Shown: positions 63,131 through 64,000 of the stretch, one piece after another
Layout: each line of letters opens with the position of its first letter
Numbering within the stretch: the first letter of the stretch is position 1
NCBI RefSeq assembly: GCF_036971445.1
Contig: NC_091473.1
Span: 205,778,001 to 205,842,000 of the forward strand
Length of the DNA stretch: 64,000 nucleotides
Direction of reading: 5' to 3'
DNA from: Narcine bancroftii
Taxonomy: Eukaryota
The notes under the pieces: generated by a model
What the model was told of the DNA's origin: nothing
What the model saw: only the letters and a program-made list of their open reading frames with translations
Database searches by the model: none
Program-made: the position numbers and the translations under genes

Positions 63131-63919
63131 GAGCAAAGAGTAGATTTAAATTACAAGAATATATCTCTCAGCTATTATATAGGTGTTTGAAATCGTTTGT
63201 ACTGACTTACAGTAGCTCTTGATAATGTTAGTATATTTTATTTGATTCTCTGCATCCTTGAAAATTATGGACCGGATGTTCAAGCGATTCTTTCGCTTGT
63301 TGCTTTTCAAAATTTCCGATTAAGTGCGAGAATTGCACCTTTTGGTGATAGCCGGAGGGCTAGCGGAAATAGAAGTTTGATGGGACACAAAATATAGCTT
63401 TTCAGTTTTTCGGCGTTTCATTCTCTGAAGTGCAGTTTTGGAAAATGTGGGAGTACTGATCGAGCTACATTTCCTGCTTTGTTAAGAATGTTAATCGGCA
63501 TCTTCCAAGTCTTTTCACTTGAAGAGTTTGTAAGTAGTCCATAAATGCATTTTTGCCTCCACTGGTTGCACCGCATTCCATCGCAAAATACAAAATACAT
63601 GCGTCTATGCAGGATAATTTGAACAAGTAAATTGCCTTAAGTGCGTATAAAATTGTTGAAAACCGGGAGAGGCAAAGGAGGTAAAGACAAATCATAAGTG
63701 TGGTTAGTGCAAATATGCTCTCAATTGTTAGTATTGATTGGATGTGTGGAAAGGCCTCTTTCTGGGTGATGTCTCTGACAAATGCCGTAGTATTATCCTT
63801 AGCTTCTGAGATAATTGTCGTTGTGCAGAATTTCGAAGTTTGGAACTCAGTTTGGATAACTATTTACAAAAAATGTCTTATTCAAACTGGACCGGTGAAA
63901 AAGGTTTCTTTGTGCCCGA

Positions 63920-63922
<3 letters not shown>

Positions 63923-64000
<78 letters not shown>
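63923..64000. repeat. (TG)n microsatellite
   Basis: Dinucleotide run to the window end. Confidence 0.95.

Noticed and set aside
63107-63135. CACAGTG as an RSS
   Set aside because: No acceptable nonamer at 12 or 23 bp and no V-like sequence upstream.
63903-63930. J-type 12-RSS (GGTTTCTTT-12-GTGTGTG)
   Set aside because: The heptamer is just the start of a TG microsatellite and no J follows.
1-64000. CRISPR array or other prokaryotic defence system
   Set aside because: The sequence is vertebrate; the recurring repeats are kb-scale V-gene duplications, not repeat-spacer arrays.

Overview
Vertebrate genomic DNA, most likely from a cartilaginous fish (inferred from the CR1/Rex1/RTE/L1 LINE and V-SINE content and the V-segment style). 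It is part of a T-cell receptor alpha/delta-type variable (V) gene array. Bases ~2.9-36 kb are a tandem array with a period of about 9.6 kb. It holds about 20 + strand V segments from two or three families, most followed by a 23-bp-spacer recombination signal (RSS). Nearly all are pseudogenes; only the V exon at 19055-19355 is fully open. Each family-A V has two leader exons upstream: the proximal one is broken in all 8 copies and the distal one is usually intact. A young class III (ERV-S/ERV-L-like) provirus (8606-14857) has near-identical LTRs, a tRNA-Ser primer binding site (PBS) and a GCATC target-site duplication (TSD), and sits directly before the ATG of one V leader. It has an intact gag, a pol shortened by in-frame deletions, and a mini-env whose signal peptide appears to be built by splicing to the first 7 gag codons. 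Bases 36-64 kb hold solo LTRs of the same ERV family, LINEs, a hAT MITE, a SINE, an old local duplication and a few very decayed V relics of a more divergent family. No D, J or C segments were recognised. Boundaries of decayed elements are approximate, and family names come from motif recognition, not database searches.
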